Shown here piece by piece: positions 19,485-28,305 of a stretch of 64,000 nt of DNA. The position numbers and the translations under genes are program-made. Under the pieces are notes generated by a model. The model saw nothing but the letters and a program-made list of their open reading frames with translations, ran no database searches and was not told where the DNA came from. The stretch's first letter is position 1; each line of letters starts with the position of its first letter. The stretch is taken from positions 2,453 to 66,452 of the forward strand of contig JAQUPG010000005.1 of assembly GCA_028716725.1 (NCBI GenBank), given 5' to 3'. The stretch comes from Patescibacteria group bacterium (GTDB lineage: Bacteria; Patescibacteriota; Patescibacteriia; Patescibacteriales; JAQTRU01).

Positions 19485-19691
19485 TCAACTCTTCCTGCCC
19501 GCCGATGAGGCGGGCCAGTCTTTTATTATAAACCTTTGCCTCTTTTTGTCCACTTCAACAACTACCTTCTGGCCTTCTTTCCAGCCAAAGCCCCTGACTG
19601 CCTCAATCGGCAAAGTAAGGCTATAAGTTCTTTTTCCGCCAACTTTAGCCAATTTTCTTATATTTCTTTCTTCTAATTTCTTCCTCGCCAT
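19485..19691 (-). CDS. AbrB/MazE/SpoVT-type DNA-binding protein (antitoxin-like)
   Basis: 68 aa. YSLTLPIEAVRGFGWKEGQKVVVEVDKKRQRFIIKDW matches the swapped-hairpin SpoVT/AbrB pattern. Confidence 0.65.
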   Translation of the reverse strand: MARKKLEERNIRKLAKVGGKRTYSLTLPIEAVRGFGWKEGQKVVVEVDKKRQRFIIKDWPASSAGRKS

Positions 19692-19704
19692 AAGGCTAAA
19701 ACAA

Positions 19705-19738
19705 TTAATTACAGAGTTAACTCTGTAATTAAATTATA
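19705..19738 (-). promoter_or_regulatory. 28-bp perfect palindrome (candidate operator) abutting a TATAAT box
   Basis: TTAATTACAGAGTT|AACTCTGTAATTAA at 19705-19732, 13 nt upstream of the ATG at 19691. Minus-strand TATAAT at 19738-19733 lies immediately upstream. Confidence 0.5.
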
Positions 19739-20157
19739 ACATAAAAACAAGAGTAGGTTTAAACAGGAAATATAGATTTCCGCAAGTTAGAATCTTTAAT
19801 AACCGCGCTTAAATCAATTATACGGCGATGCTCAAAATTTACAATCTGAAATAAAAAACCGGGGCGCAGGCTAAAAGGGCGGCAATGATCTGGAACGCCA
19901 GAATAATTAGCGCCTGTTTGGGTGCCCGCGGCAGCCATTTGATAACGAAAAATCCGATCATGAACGGTTCAAGTATCAGCCACAGCTGAAAAAGATGCGC
20001 GGCCGTTCCTTCATCCTCCTCTCGGACAATGCCGAAGATAGAAATGTAAATAATTATGTAGGCAAAAAAATAAGAGGAATTGCGATCGGGATCTAGGCGC
20101 CGGGTTTTTTAATCAATGAATTCATGTTTTTCTTTGGCAACAAATCCTTTTTATCAA

Positions 20158-20625
20158 TTAAGTATTTATAGCTTTCTTGATTATGGCTTCTAGTTCGTTA
20201 GGGGTATCTGTCCCTATGCGATAAATTTTTCCGTTTCTCATAATTATTTCAACTGCGTCAAAACCGGAAACATTATAAATCCACATATATGGCCAGAACC
20301 AGACTTTCACTCCCCATCCGTAGTACCAGTGATTCTTTACTGATTGCGCTGAAGCTATCTGACTAAGCGCAAACTTCTTGGCGAAAATTCCGTAGCGAAA
20401 TTTGATCTGAAGATAGTTTTCATCAATCGATGTTGTCAGCGTTGTAAACGATGCCAGAATAAACAGAATTAATACCATTATGGCAGAGACGGCAAAATTT
20501 GTGCTAGAATTAACTGATGGTGGTTCAACTCTGGCTGTAATCTGAATCCATGCGAAAAGAACCAGCACGGCCAGCGTAACAACCAGCATCAGATATCCGA
20601 TTTGAGTATGTTTGTATATGATCAT
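20158..20625 (-). CDS. Membrane protein with two N-terminal helices and a PH-like C-terminal domain (tentative)
   Basis: 155 aa with helices IGYLMLVVTLAVLVLFAWI and FAVSAIMVLILFILASF, then a roughly 90-aa soluble domain. Architecture resembles bacterial PH (YdbS/YdbT-like) proteins. Confidence 0.4.
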   Translation of the reverse strand: MIIYKHTQIGYLMLVVTLAVLVLFAWIQITARVEPPSVNSSTNFAVSAIMVLILFILASFTTLTTSIDENYLQIKFRYGIFAKKFALSQIASAQSVKNHWYYGWGVKVWFWPYMWIYNVSGFDAVEIIMRNGKIYRIGTDTPNELEAIIKKAINT

Positions 20626-20793
20626 AAATCCTATTTTACCAAATCCTGCACTGGCACGTCCGAAATTTTTATTTTAACTTTCATAGGCACTCGGGTCACA
20701 GCCTTGTCGCCATCACTCTGGTCTGCACGATAAAAAGTTGTCCTGGCGGAGCAACAACCATTTAGATTCTTATTTCTTCTTGTGGATTTTAGG

Positions 20794-21351
20794 TTACTTA
20801 CCTGTATCTGATCCAGGCACTGCAGCTGTGCCAATGTTTTCTTGTGCTACAGCGTTATCGGTTTGGTCTATCCCGCTTTGGGGTTGAAGAAAAGCAGGAC
20901 CAACATTTACCAAAACATTCCTTGACGGGCTATAGATAATTGCTTTTTTGGCCTTATTATAAACCAAAACTTTGTCGCCCTTTATTGATCCCTGATAAAA
21001 CGCCTGACCTGCGGCCAGCTTGTCAGGATCTGTGATTGTAGCGACTATCGGAGTTTCACCTTTAGGGAGAATAATAAACTGTCCAACTTTATTAAGCAAA
21101 TCCTGCGTTTCTTTCTGGGCCACAGCCTGCTGACCCTCTACGGTGGATAACTGTTTTAATTGAGCGTTAGTGTTTTGATATTGCACAAAAGACCATGCGC
21201 CAAATGCAATTACGGCAATAAAAATAATTCCAAAAATAATTTTAATTGGTGACATGGATGGCAGGTTTAGCATTTTGAAAAACGATCGTTTCCTTCTACC
21301 GATTTCTAAATTTTGCCCTGTATCTTTCGTTGTATTTTTTATTAAAGCCAT
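20794..21351 (-). CDS. Hypothetical single-pass membrane-anchored protein
   Basis: 185 aa with an N-terminal basic stretch, TM helix IKIIFGIIFIAVIAFGAWSF, then a soluble domain. Directly downstream of the fibre gene. Confidence 0.5.
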   Translation of the reverse strand: MALIKNTTKDTGQNLEIGRRKRSFFKMLNLPSMSPIKIIFGIIFIAVIAFGAWSFVQYQNTNAQLKQLSTVEGQQAVAQKETQDLLNKVGQFIILPKGETPIVATITDPDKLAAGQAFYQGSIKGDKVLVYNKAKKAIIYSPSRNVLVNVGPAFLQPQSGIDQTDNAVAQENIGTAAVPGSDTGK

Positions 21352-21417
21352 ATTTTTATTATTTATATTTAATTATATCATTCCAAGTTATCAATAAAAA
21401 GATATTAAATTATTAGT

Positions 21418-24400
21418 TTATGTTTCCGGAGAAGACACAGGCGGCGATTCTTCTAATTGCGATGTCGCATCAACAGACGGCTCTGGCGCCGGAGGTTCAG
21501 GCTCAGCAGCCGGATTTGTGTTGCTTCCTTCATCGGGCGCTGGCAAATCAACTGAATCTGTATTGCTTTCCGATGTTTGCGCAGGCTCATCTGGCGCGCT
21601 TACATCAGAATCTTCAGATTCTGTATCTGAATCAATTGAAGTGTTTGACTGATCATCTGGCGTTGCCATGGTATCTGCCTCAGAAGCTCCTGTATTTGGT
21701 GAAAACTCTGAACCAGATGGGAATGAATCAGACGAGTGGCTGTCGGAAGTACCAAAAACGTGCCAGTTAAAATTAATATCAACATTATTATACGCTGGCG
21801 ATATTTTAATAGTAAATCCGTTTGCATCTGTTTTAGAAACAAAATAACGATCCAGATTAACGTCACTCGCCAAGGTAAGAGTCACTACCGGCTGGTTCTC
21901 ATACGGCTCGGCAAACTCTACCGTCACTTCATCAGAATCTGCTGGCACCGTGGCAGTACCAACTGTGTCGCCGCTAAAAGCTATGTGCTTTTTAAATGCA
22001 ACATTTTCCGTAAAAGCGAGCGATTCATCGTATGCATCTATAAACCGGCCGATGGTGCCATTAAAAATCAAAGCCGAAGACGTGCCACCCGAATTCGTTT
22101 TTAATTCTTCTTCGGTCGGAATTTGAAGCGCAAGCTGCAACTTTTTAATTTCTTCCTGCTGCGCTTTTACCGCCCCCACAATGTATGGCACAAGCCCGCC
22201 CGTAGCCAAAAATTTGCGCTGGGTCCCATCACCCCACGTACTCGTCGTAACCAAATCCGGGAAGAGCAACTCCACCTCCTGAGCGATAAACCCAAATCTC
22301 AATGGCGCATTGTCATCATCCGTATTCCATTGATATGATACCGGCCGCAAATCAGCTACTCTTGCCAACAAATCGTTGATGTCCAAAGAACTAATATCTT
22401 TTTTCAACGTTATATCAGAACCGCACGATGGCGACCCCGAATCAGCCGTAAAATCGCAGGTGCTATTTTCATCCTGAAGCCTGACCAAACTCGTTCCATC
22501 CGTTTCCGATGCGCTTCCGACATGCAATTTAACAGCCGGGTTTGTTTGGCTAATTCCGACATTGCCGTCTCTATTTATCACCAGTATTCCCTGATTGGTC
22601 GTCGTGGCTATTTGGAAGAGATCGGTCGTCGCGTTCGTCGCGTTGACTGATAACCGATATGCCGGCGTGCTCGTGCCGACACCAACATTGCCGCTAAGAT
22701 TAGTAATTCCGGTACTGTTCCCTATAGTGATCAAGCCAGCATGAGAGCTCGCTTTTATAATATTAAATGTTGGTCCTCCTGTTGTAATTTGAAATGCACT
22801 ATTGGCGTTAACATTATTTGCAATGTCTGAATAATAAAAGTTTGATGGCGTATGTTCGCTGTACAAACGAATACCCGTAGAGCTTTCGTTTTTATAAAGT
22901 GTCAGCATTTGGCTCGGAGTGCTGGTCCCTATCCCCACGTTGCCGTCGGCATCAATCACAAAAGGGGTTGTGTCACTTGCTTCATCATTGACCGCTAACG
23001 AATTACCAGTGCCAGTATTAGTAATTGATAAGACGTTACTACCGGTAACAGCAATGTCGGTGGAAGCATCCAGAGTCAGTGAGTCCGCCAATTCCGAGAA
23101 ATCCAATGTGTTGGCTGTGACATAGCTTGAATCAATAGTAGCGGTTGTCCCTAAAATTCCAGCAGCAGTATTCGTCACCAAGCCAGCCGTTGATAAACCG
23201 GAAAACGTGATGTCACCAGAAGAGGTGATCCCGGTAGCGCCAGCGATAGTGCCGGCATTGGTAATACCGCCGGAATTGACATTCAGCGCCCCAGAGGTAA
23301 AGGTTATCCCGGTTACTCCGGTCAAAGCACCGGAGTTAATTATCAGTCCGTTAACGGTATTTGTACTGGTCGGGGCGGAAATAGCACCGGAGGTGGTAAT
23401 ACCGGTAGAGGCCGTAATGGCGCCGGTGGTATTAACTTGGAAAGCATCTCCTGCGCCCACGGTCAAAAGAGCTTGCGGTGTAACATCGCCAATGCCAACT
23501 CTTCCTTCTCCTCCAAAGTCCTTGGTAATTGTCATCCAGGTTTGGGATAACCCCTCCGTATCCTGATTAGCCATGCCAAAAAAGATTCCGTTAGGATAGG
23601 TGAGTGGATCCACACCGTTGGTAATATATCCTGAGCCAATATATACAGAGCCTATTCCCCACATCGAATCAGTTAAAGAGGGGGTTCCTTCTGCTTGGAG
23701 ATAAATACTTCTTCCGTCCTGATTATCAGACGACTGCCCGATGACTGAAAAAAATCCATTAGTGGGGCTTTTGCCAATACCAACACTTCCGTAATTGAGC
23801 AATGTACTTGGCTCAACAAACAAAGTGCTGCCAACGCTTAAATTTTCCGATCCTATGCTTACACTGCCGTCTGCGTCAATCGTAAACGGAGTTGCGTCAT
23901 CGGCTTCATCATTTATAACAAATGTGTTGGTGTCACCGGTGTTGGTGACAGAAACAGGTCCTGTCGTGGTAATGCCAGTGGTGGCAACAATGGCTCCTGT
24001 TGAGTCAACCTGGAAAACGCTGCCGGCGCCAACTGATAAAAGTGAAGTGGGATCGGTTGTTCCAATTCCGACATTGCCGTTGCCTCGAGCCAGAATAGTT
24101 TCGCCGGTGCTGCTTAAGGTTCCGGCAACATCAAAGTCATATTCGGGGGAATCCGTATTGATACCATAGCGATTGGACCGGGCGTCGTAATGGAAAGAAT
24201 TGCTGCCTATCTGCACCCCGCCGGGAGCTGTAATGGTCAGCTGCCCTGTATTGTTTAAAGAAAAGGTGGCGTTGGCTATGTCCGGACCTAATTTGTAGAT
24301 GTCCGCGCCGCTGCCATCACCGGCGTATAAGTCTCCGTTGAAATCATATATTGCGTATAATTTGTCACCGGAATACGCCGATTGTGTCCAGGTTGTTCCA

Positions 24401-25980
24401 TCTGACGATTCATACATTTTTTGCGATGCATTGGTTCCGGCGTATAGTTTACCGTTAAAAGCCCTCAGGGTAGTTATACTCGTGCTCATACCGCTGATAT
24501 TTAAATCGCCATCTCCGTTATAGGCCACTCTTGTCCAGGTATCTCCATCAGAGGATTCATATATCTCAGCGCCGCCCAGGCCTCCGCCTCCGGCGTAAAT
24601 TTTTCCGTTAAAAGTGGCCAGAGTTTCCAGACGATCCAGGTCGGCTGACATTTCAACGCCATCAGAATCAGCCACTTGTGTCCAGTCCGAGCCATTGGCC
24701 GATGAGTAGATTTCCGCGGAGTTATTACTTCCGGCAACAGCGGCAAAAATTTTTCCATTGAAACCTTTTAGGGCATAAGTTCTAAATAAACCAGCCGTTA
24801 TTTCCACTCCATCGGAATCAGCTACTTTCGTCCAGGTGGTGCCATCGGATGATTTGTATATCTCGGCTGAACCAGTATCATAACCGGTCCCTGCATAAAT
24901 ATTCCCATTGAAAGCTTCCAGGCTAAGCACTTGGTCTAAACCGGCCAAATCACCCACCTTCGTCCAAGTGGTGCCGTCTGGGGATGAATAAATTTGGGCT
25001 TTGCCGCCGCCGCTACCGGTACCGGCATAAATTTTTCCATTGAAGGTAGTTAAAGCGCGTACATCATTTAATCCCGCGTCCATATCCCCGTCATCAGGAT
25101 CAGCGACTTTTGTCCAAGTGGTGCCGTCGGATGATTTATGTATCTCGGCCTCGCCGCTGCTATAACCGCCGGTTCCGGCATATATTTCATTGTTAAACGA
25201 GGTAAAGGCATACACAAAATCCAAGCCGCTGGTTAACTCTAAACCGGCGCTGGCTACTGTTATCCAGGCGCCGTTGCCGGAACTTGCGGTTGACATGCTG
25301 ATCACGGATTGGGTTGAGCCGTAAACATCAAGGGCATAATTCGGATCGGTCGTACCTATCCCCACCTTGCCTCCGTCTTTCACGAAGATTCCGTTATCTC
25401 CGTCATCAGTCAACAGTAACCCGGCGCCATCATAGGCTTTCAGTTGATCAATGTTCAACACATCACCGTCGCGGCCTGCCAATAATGCATATGATGATGT
25501 GGCGGTACCATCGAAAAGTTCGGTGTTAAACGCGTAAGGCGCGGTACCGAGTTGCGCCCGGGGAGTCGCTTCGCTATCGCTTCCTACCTTTACCCCCACA
25601 TAGAGCTCACCGGTTGAAAAATCAAGGTAGCTTGGAAAAGCAGTACATGCCCCAAGCTCCACGGTAAAATAGCCTTCGGAATCAGGATCAATCTGCACGC
25701 ACGAGCCGCTGGCCTGATCGTATGTTTCCGTCCACAAAAGAGGCCCAGCTTCATTGGGCGTATCGCTGGGGGAGCCGCTGGAAGCGTTATTATAAATAGA
25801 AAATTGGATAGTAATAGAACTAGTCACTGGATCGCTACTTGCATCTCGCAATCGCCCTTGATAATTAATAAAAGAGGGCACGGCGGCATTTATTTTATAG
25901 GTTGGCAAAAACATCAAAATGGTAAGAGCCAAAATTGATACAACGTAAATTCTAAATTTTTTTCCTCCTGTCTTGAGCAT
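21418..25980 (-). CDS. Secreted fibre protein: Asp-box (BNR) repeat propeller, tail-fibre-like GIGT repeats, internal Peptidase_S74 intramolecular-chaperone domain, acidic disordered tail
   Basis: 1520 aa with a signal peptide (ILALTILMFLPTYKINAA). About seven 48-aa repeats containing S-S-D-G-T-T-W-T (roughly nt 24300-25220). Recurring N/GVGIGT(T/S)xP...L.V motifs. S74-type segment DITLKKDISSLD...LRPVSYQWN...RFGFIAQEVELLFPDLV...AVKAQQEEIKKLQ (roughly nt 22125-22425). Confidence 0.8.
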   Translation of the reverse strand: MLKTGGKKFRIYVVSILALTILMFLPTYKINAAVPSFINYQGRLRDASSDPVTSSITIQFSIYNNASSGSPSDTPNEAGPLLWTETYDQASGSCVQIDPDSEGYFTVELGACTAFPSYLDFSTGELYVGVKVGSDSEATPRAQLGTAPYAFNTELFDGTATSSYALLAGRDGDVLNIDQLKAYDGAGLLLTDDGDNGIFVKDGGKVGIGTTDPNYALDVYGSTQSVISMSTASSGNGAWITVASAGLELTSGLDFVYAFTSFNNEIYAGTGGYSSGEAEIHKSSDGTTWTKVADPDDGDMDAGLNDVRALTTFNGKIYAGTGSGGGKAQIYSSPDGTTWTKVGDLAGLDQVLSLEAFNGNIYAGTGYDTGSAEIYKSSDGTTWTKVADSDGVEITAGLFRTYALKGFNGKIFAAVAGSNNSAEIYSSANGSDWTQVADSDGVEMSADLDRLETLATFNGKIYAGGGGLGGAEIYESSDGDTWTRVAYNGDGDLNISGMSTSITTLRAFNGKLYAGTNASQKMYESSDGTTWTQSAYSGDKLYAIYDFNGDLYAGDGSGADIYKLGPDIANATFSLNNTGQLTITAPGGVQIGSNSFHYDARSNRYGINTDSPEYDFDVAGTLSSTGETILARGNGNVGIGTTDPTSLLSVGAGSVFQVDSTGAIVATTGITTTGPVSVTNTGDTNTFVINDEADDATPFTIDADGSVSIGSENLSVGSTLFVEPSTLLNYGSVGIGKSPTNGFFSVIGQSSDNQDGRSIYLQAEGTPSLTDSMWGIGSVYIGSGYITNGVDPLTYPNGIFFGMANQDTEGLSQTWMTITKDFGGEGRVGIGDVTPQALLTVGAGDAFQVNTTGAITASTGITTSGAISAPTSTNTVNGLIINSGALTGVTGITFTSGALNVNSGGITNAGTIAGATGITSSGDITFSGLSTAGLVTNTAAGILGTTATIDSSYVTANTLDFSELADSLTLDASTDIAVTGSNVLSITNTGTGNSLAVNDEASDTTPFVIDADGNVGIGTSTPSQMLTLYKNESSTGIRLYSEHTPSNFYYSDIANNVNANSAFQITTGGPTFNIIKASSHAGLITIGNSTGITNLSGNVGVGTSTPAYRLSVNATNATTDLFQIATTTNQGILVINRDGNVGISQTNPAVKLHVGSASETDGTSLVRLQDENSTCDFTADSGSPSCGSDITLKKDISSLDINDLLARVADLRPVSYQWNTDDDNAPLRFGFIAQEVELLFPDLVTTSTWGDGTQRKFLATGGLVPYIVGAVKAQQEEIKKLQLALQIPTEEELKTNSGGTSSALIFNGTIGRFIDAYDESLAFTENVAFKKHIAFSGDTVGTATVPADSDEVTVEFAEPYENQPVVTLTLASDVNLDRYFVSKTDANGFTIKISPAYNNVDINFNWHVFGTSDSHSSDSFPSGSEFSPNTGASEADTMATPDDQSNTSIDSDTESEDSDVSAPDEPAQTSESNTDSVDLPAPDEGSNTNPAAEPEPPAPEPSVDATSQLEESPPVSSPET

Positions 25981-26000
25981 ATTGAACTTAGCAGAATTTT

Positions 26001-27143
26001 TTATTCATTACTTTTTGAAAACTTATTATCTTTTGATACGCCTTCTAATTTTTTGTCTATCTGCTTAAGTTGTTTTTCTATTTTTAGTTTAGCTATTATC
26101 AATTCTTTCCGAGTCTTTTGCAGAGCTATTTCTTCTTTTTTGAGCATTTTTAACTGCTCCCGTTTGCGGTAATCGGAAGGCTGGCGGCGGGCCAGCAAAA
26201 CAATAATTACAACTAACAACAAAATAATTACAAATCCCAGTAAAGCGGTTGTGCCAACCCAGAACCAGATATTCAGGTAAAACGGCATGGGCATTTCTTC
26301 GGTCGGGGTAAATTCCGGAACCTGTGTAACGGCTTCCTCTGCCGGTTTCTCTTCTTTAGCCGGCGGCGCGAAACAAACTTCGTTAAGTTTATCCATGGTC
26401 GTTTTTTGCACTAATCCGGTACCTTTCGTAAATCCCCAAGGAGCGAGAATGTCTTCACGGTAAAATTCCTGGAAATCCATTACTGACTGTTTAGTCTCCA
26501 CGTCAAAATTTCCGGTAATATTACCTTCAAAAAAACCTTGATTTTTCAAACAAATCTGTAAATATGCGACTTCATCATTCCGATCGCCGGAACGCATGTT
26601 TTTCGTGAATAAAAATCCTTCCGGTGTGGACGTGGGTACGGCTCCCGGCACTTCAACTGTTGTCGGAGTAGTTATAACAAAACTAGCTGTTTCCAAATTA
26701 GTAGGAAGAGCCGTTCCCAATCCGTCGTTCGCCAATACTTTGCCCGAAGTTACGGAAAGAGTTGCCTGCCCTTGGGACTTGGCGCGCAAAACAATGGTCG
26801 CCAGTTTGCCTGCCGAACCGGTATAGCCGTGCCCAAGCATTACCCCTTCAAACTGCGCTCCATTTCCGTTTATTTGCGGTTCTTGAGCCCAAAAATCTAT
26901 AATTGAGCCTGATTGCGATATTGAGACCAATTCAAGATTATTATTTGAGGATTTAATGGTCGCTTCTACGGCATTCATTTCCTTTTCGCCGCTAGAAACG
27001 AATATGCTTACCGTAAATTGCTTTCCCGCCTCATATACGCCCGTTGACGGCGCGAAATAAATAGAGGCCGCTTTTGCCAATCCCGGCAACAAAAAAAATA
27101 ATAATCCAAAAAATAAAACTAGTTCCCCCTTTTTAAAAGACAT
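26001..27143 (-). CDS. Type-I membrane protein: cohesin-like domain, PG_binding_1 domain, TM helix, cytoplasmic coiled coil
   Basis: Signal peptide ending LAKAAS. Cohesin-like pattern FAPSTGVYEAGKQFTVSIFVSS...MNAVEATIKSS...LELVSIS...GKLATIVLRAKSQGQATLSV...VLANDGLGT. Peptidoglycan-binding pattern GDRNDEVAYLQICLKNQGFFEG..TGNFDVETKQSVMDFQ. TM helix WFWVGTTALLGFVIILLLVVIIVLL, then a K/E-rich heptad tail. Confidence 0.7.
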   Translation of the reverse strand: MSFKKGELVLFFGLLFFLLPGLAKAASIYFAPSTGVYEAGKQFTVSIFVSSGEKEMNAVEATIKSSNNNLELVSISQSGSIIDFWAQEPQINGNGAQFEGVMLGHGYTGSAGKLATIVLRAKSQGQATLSVTSGKVLANDGLGTALPTNLETASFVITTPTTVEVPGAVPTSTPEGFLFTKNMRSGDRNDEVAYLQICLKNQGFFEGNITGNFDVETKQSVMDFQEFYREDILAPWGFTKGTGLVQKTTMDKLNEVCFAPPAKEEKPAEEAVTQVPEFTPTEEMPMPFYLNIWFWVGTTALLGFVIILLLVVIIVLLARRQPSDYRKREQLKMLKKEEIALQKTRKELIIAKLKIEKQLKQIDKKLEGVSKDNKFSKSNE

Positions 27144-27358
27144 AATACTAGATATTAAATTTTATCAAATAATCACTATTTTTAACAAAATGATAAATAA
27201 AAATTAGATGCTAAAACTAAAAATTATAACATACCCCCGCTATGAAGGTGGAAGTAAAATTGAATTTTAAAATTTACCGTTTATTAATTTTATTATAACA
27301 CAAATCAAATATCAGACACAAATTTAATATCACGCTTATGGTAATAACTATACAAAAA

Positions 27359-28264
27359 TTAACCCTTGCGTTTCCGAAGCAGCCAAAATATTATCAATAC
27401 TGAAACAAATGCTATAACGAGGACAGCAGTGACCAATAATGCCGGTGCCTTTGATGGCGGAATCGCCCCTTGTTTTTCCGGAACACGTACACTTACACGC
27501 ACATTTCCCTGAACATCTACCGCTCTTACATAAATATAACTATAGAGCGATTGATCATGCAGACAATAGGGGCTTTCAGTTCGTTCCCATTCGCCGGCAG
27601 TCTCATCGCTCAATTTTGTTTTGGTTTCCAGGATTTCATAATGATCAATGCCGGATCCTTTATCCTGGGCGATAAATACGGCAAAAGCGTCTCCGTCAAA
27701 AAGCGCCGGATTTTTCGCGACTTCTATGGTAAAAGGCTCCGGCGGCTCATAATCGCTAACCTCTTCTTTAAATTCGGTCAAAGGCGTGTTCAAATCGACA
27801 TTTAAAGCTAACTCTCCGGAAGAAACCGGCGCAGGAGTTCCTTTGCCGTCATTAAGCAATACAGCGCTATCGAAAAAATCAATGCTGCCGCTGCCAGCTG
27901 TGGCTGCTTCAGCCACGAAGGAAAAAAGCAGGCCGTTTGACCCATGCCAGCCACCCGGTACTATTCCCGAAAATACAATATCATTTCCGTCAAGATGCGG
28001 CCGTTCGGCCCACAGAGAAACAAGTGAATTACCGTCACGCAAAGAAGACACCCTTATGACAGGAGGAAACTTGATCGTTCCCTCAAAGGCATTCACGGTT
28101 TCGCCCTCTGAATTTACCCTCACCGTTACTTCAAACCGTTGGCCCGGAGCCATGGTCGTCTGCCGTGTTTCCGCAAAAAGACGGGCGGCATCCGTCTGAA
28201 AAGGGAAAAAAAACGACCCAATTATAATCGTAAACCAGAATAAAAATGAAAATCGCCTACTCAT
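27359..28264 (-). CDS. Type-I membrane protein with cohesin-like domain and C-terminal TM anchor
   Basis: Signal peptide MSRRFSFLFWFTIIIGSFFFPFQTDAA. Same cohesin-like pattern as the 26001 gene (APGQRFEVTVRVNSEGETVNAFEGTIKF...VSSL...GLLFSFVAEAATAGSGSIDF...VLLNDGKGT). C-terminal helix ALLVTAVLVIAFVSVLIIFWLL followed by RKRKG. Start moved to the ATG at 28264. Confidence 0.65.
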   Translation of the reverse strand: MSRRFSFLFWFTIIIGSFFFPFQTDAARLFAETRQTTMAPGQRFEVTVRVNSEGETVNAFEGTIKFPPVIRVSSLRDGNSLVSLWAERPHLDGNDIVFSGIVPGGWHGSNGLLFSFVAEAATAGSGSIDFFDSAVLLNDGKGTPAPVSSGELALNVDLNTPLTEFKEEVSDYEPPEPFTIEVAKNPALFDGDAFAVFIAQDKGSGIDHYEILETKTKLSDETAGEWERTESPYCLHDQSLYSYIYVRAVDVQGNVRVSVRVPEKQGAIPPSKAPALLVTAVLVIAFVSVLIIFWLLRKRKG

Positions 28265-28305
28265 AATATTCGGCTCATGGGACAGTGATTTCTGATAAAA
28301 TAAGA

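Noticed and set aside
20631-20834. 67-aa ORF between the 20158 and 20794 genes
   Set aside because: It overlaps the 3' end of the 20794-21351 gene by about 40 nt and has no motif, hydrophobic segment or RBS. It was treated as spurious, though the 170-nt gap it fills is otherwise unexplained.
21420-25529. Many 60-125-aa ORFs antisense or out of frame within the fibre gene (for example 21420-21770, 21736-22104, 23207-23566, 23795-24169, 24501-24758)
   Set aside because: They lie entirely inside a 4.5-kb ORF with strong domain evidence. They have low-complexity, compositionally skewed translations typical of shadow ORFs in GC-richer repetitive coding DNA, and no start or RBS context.
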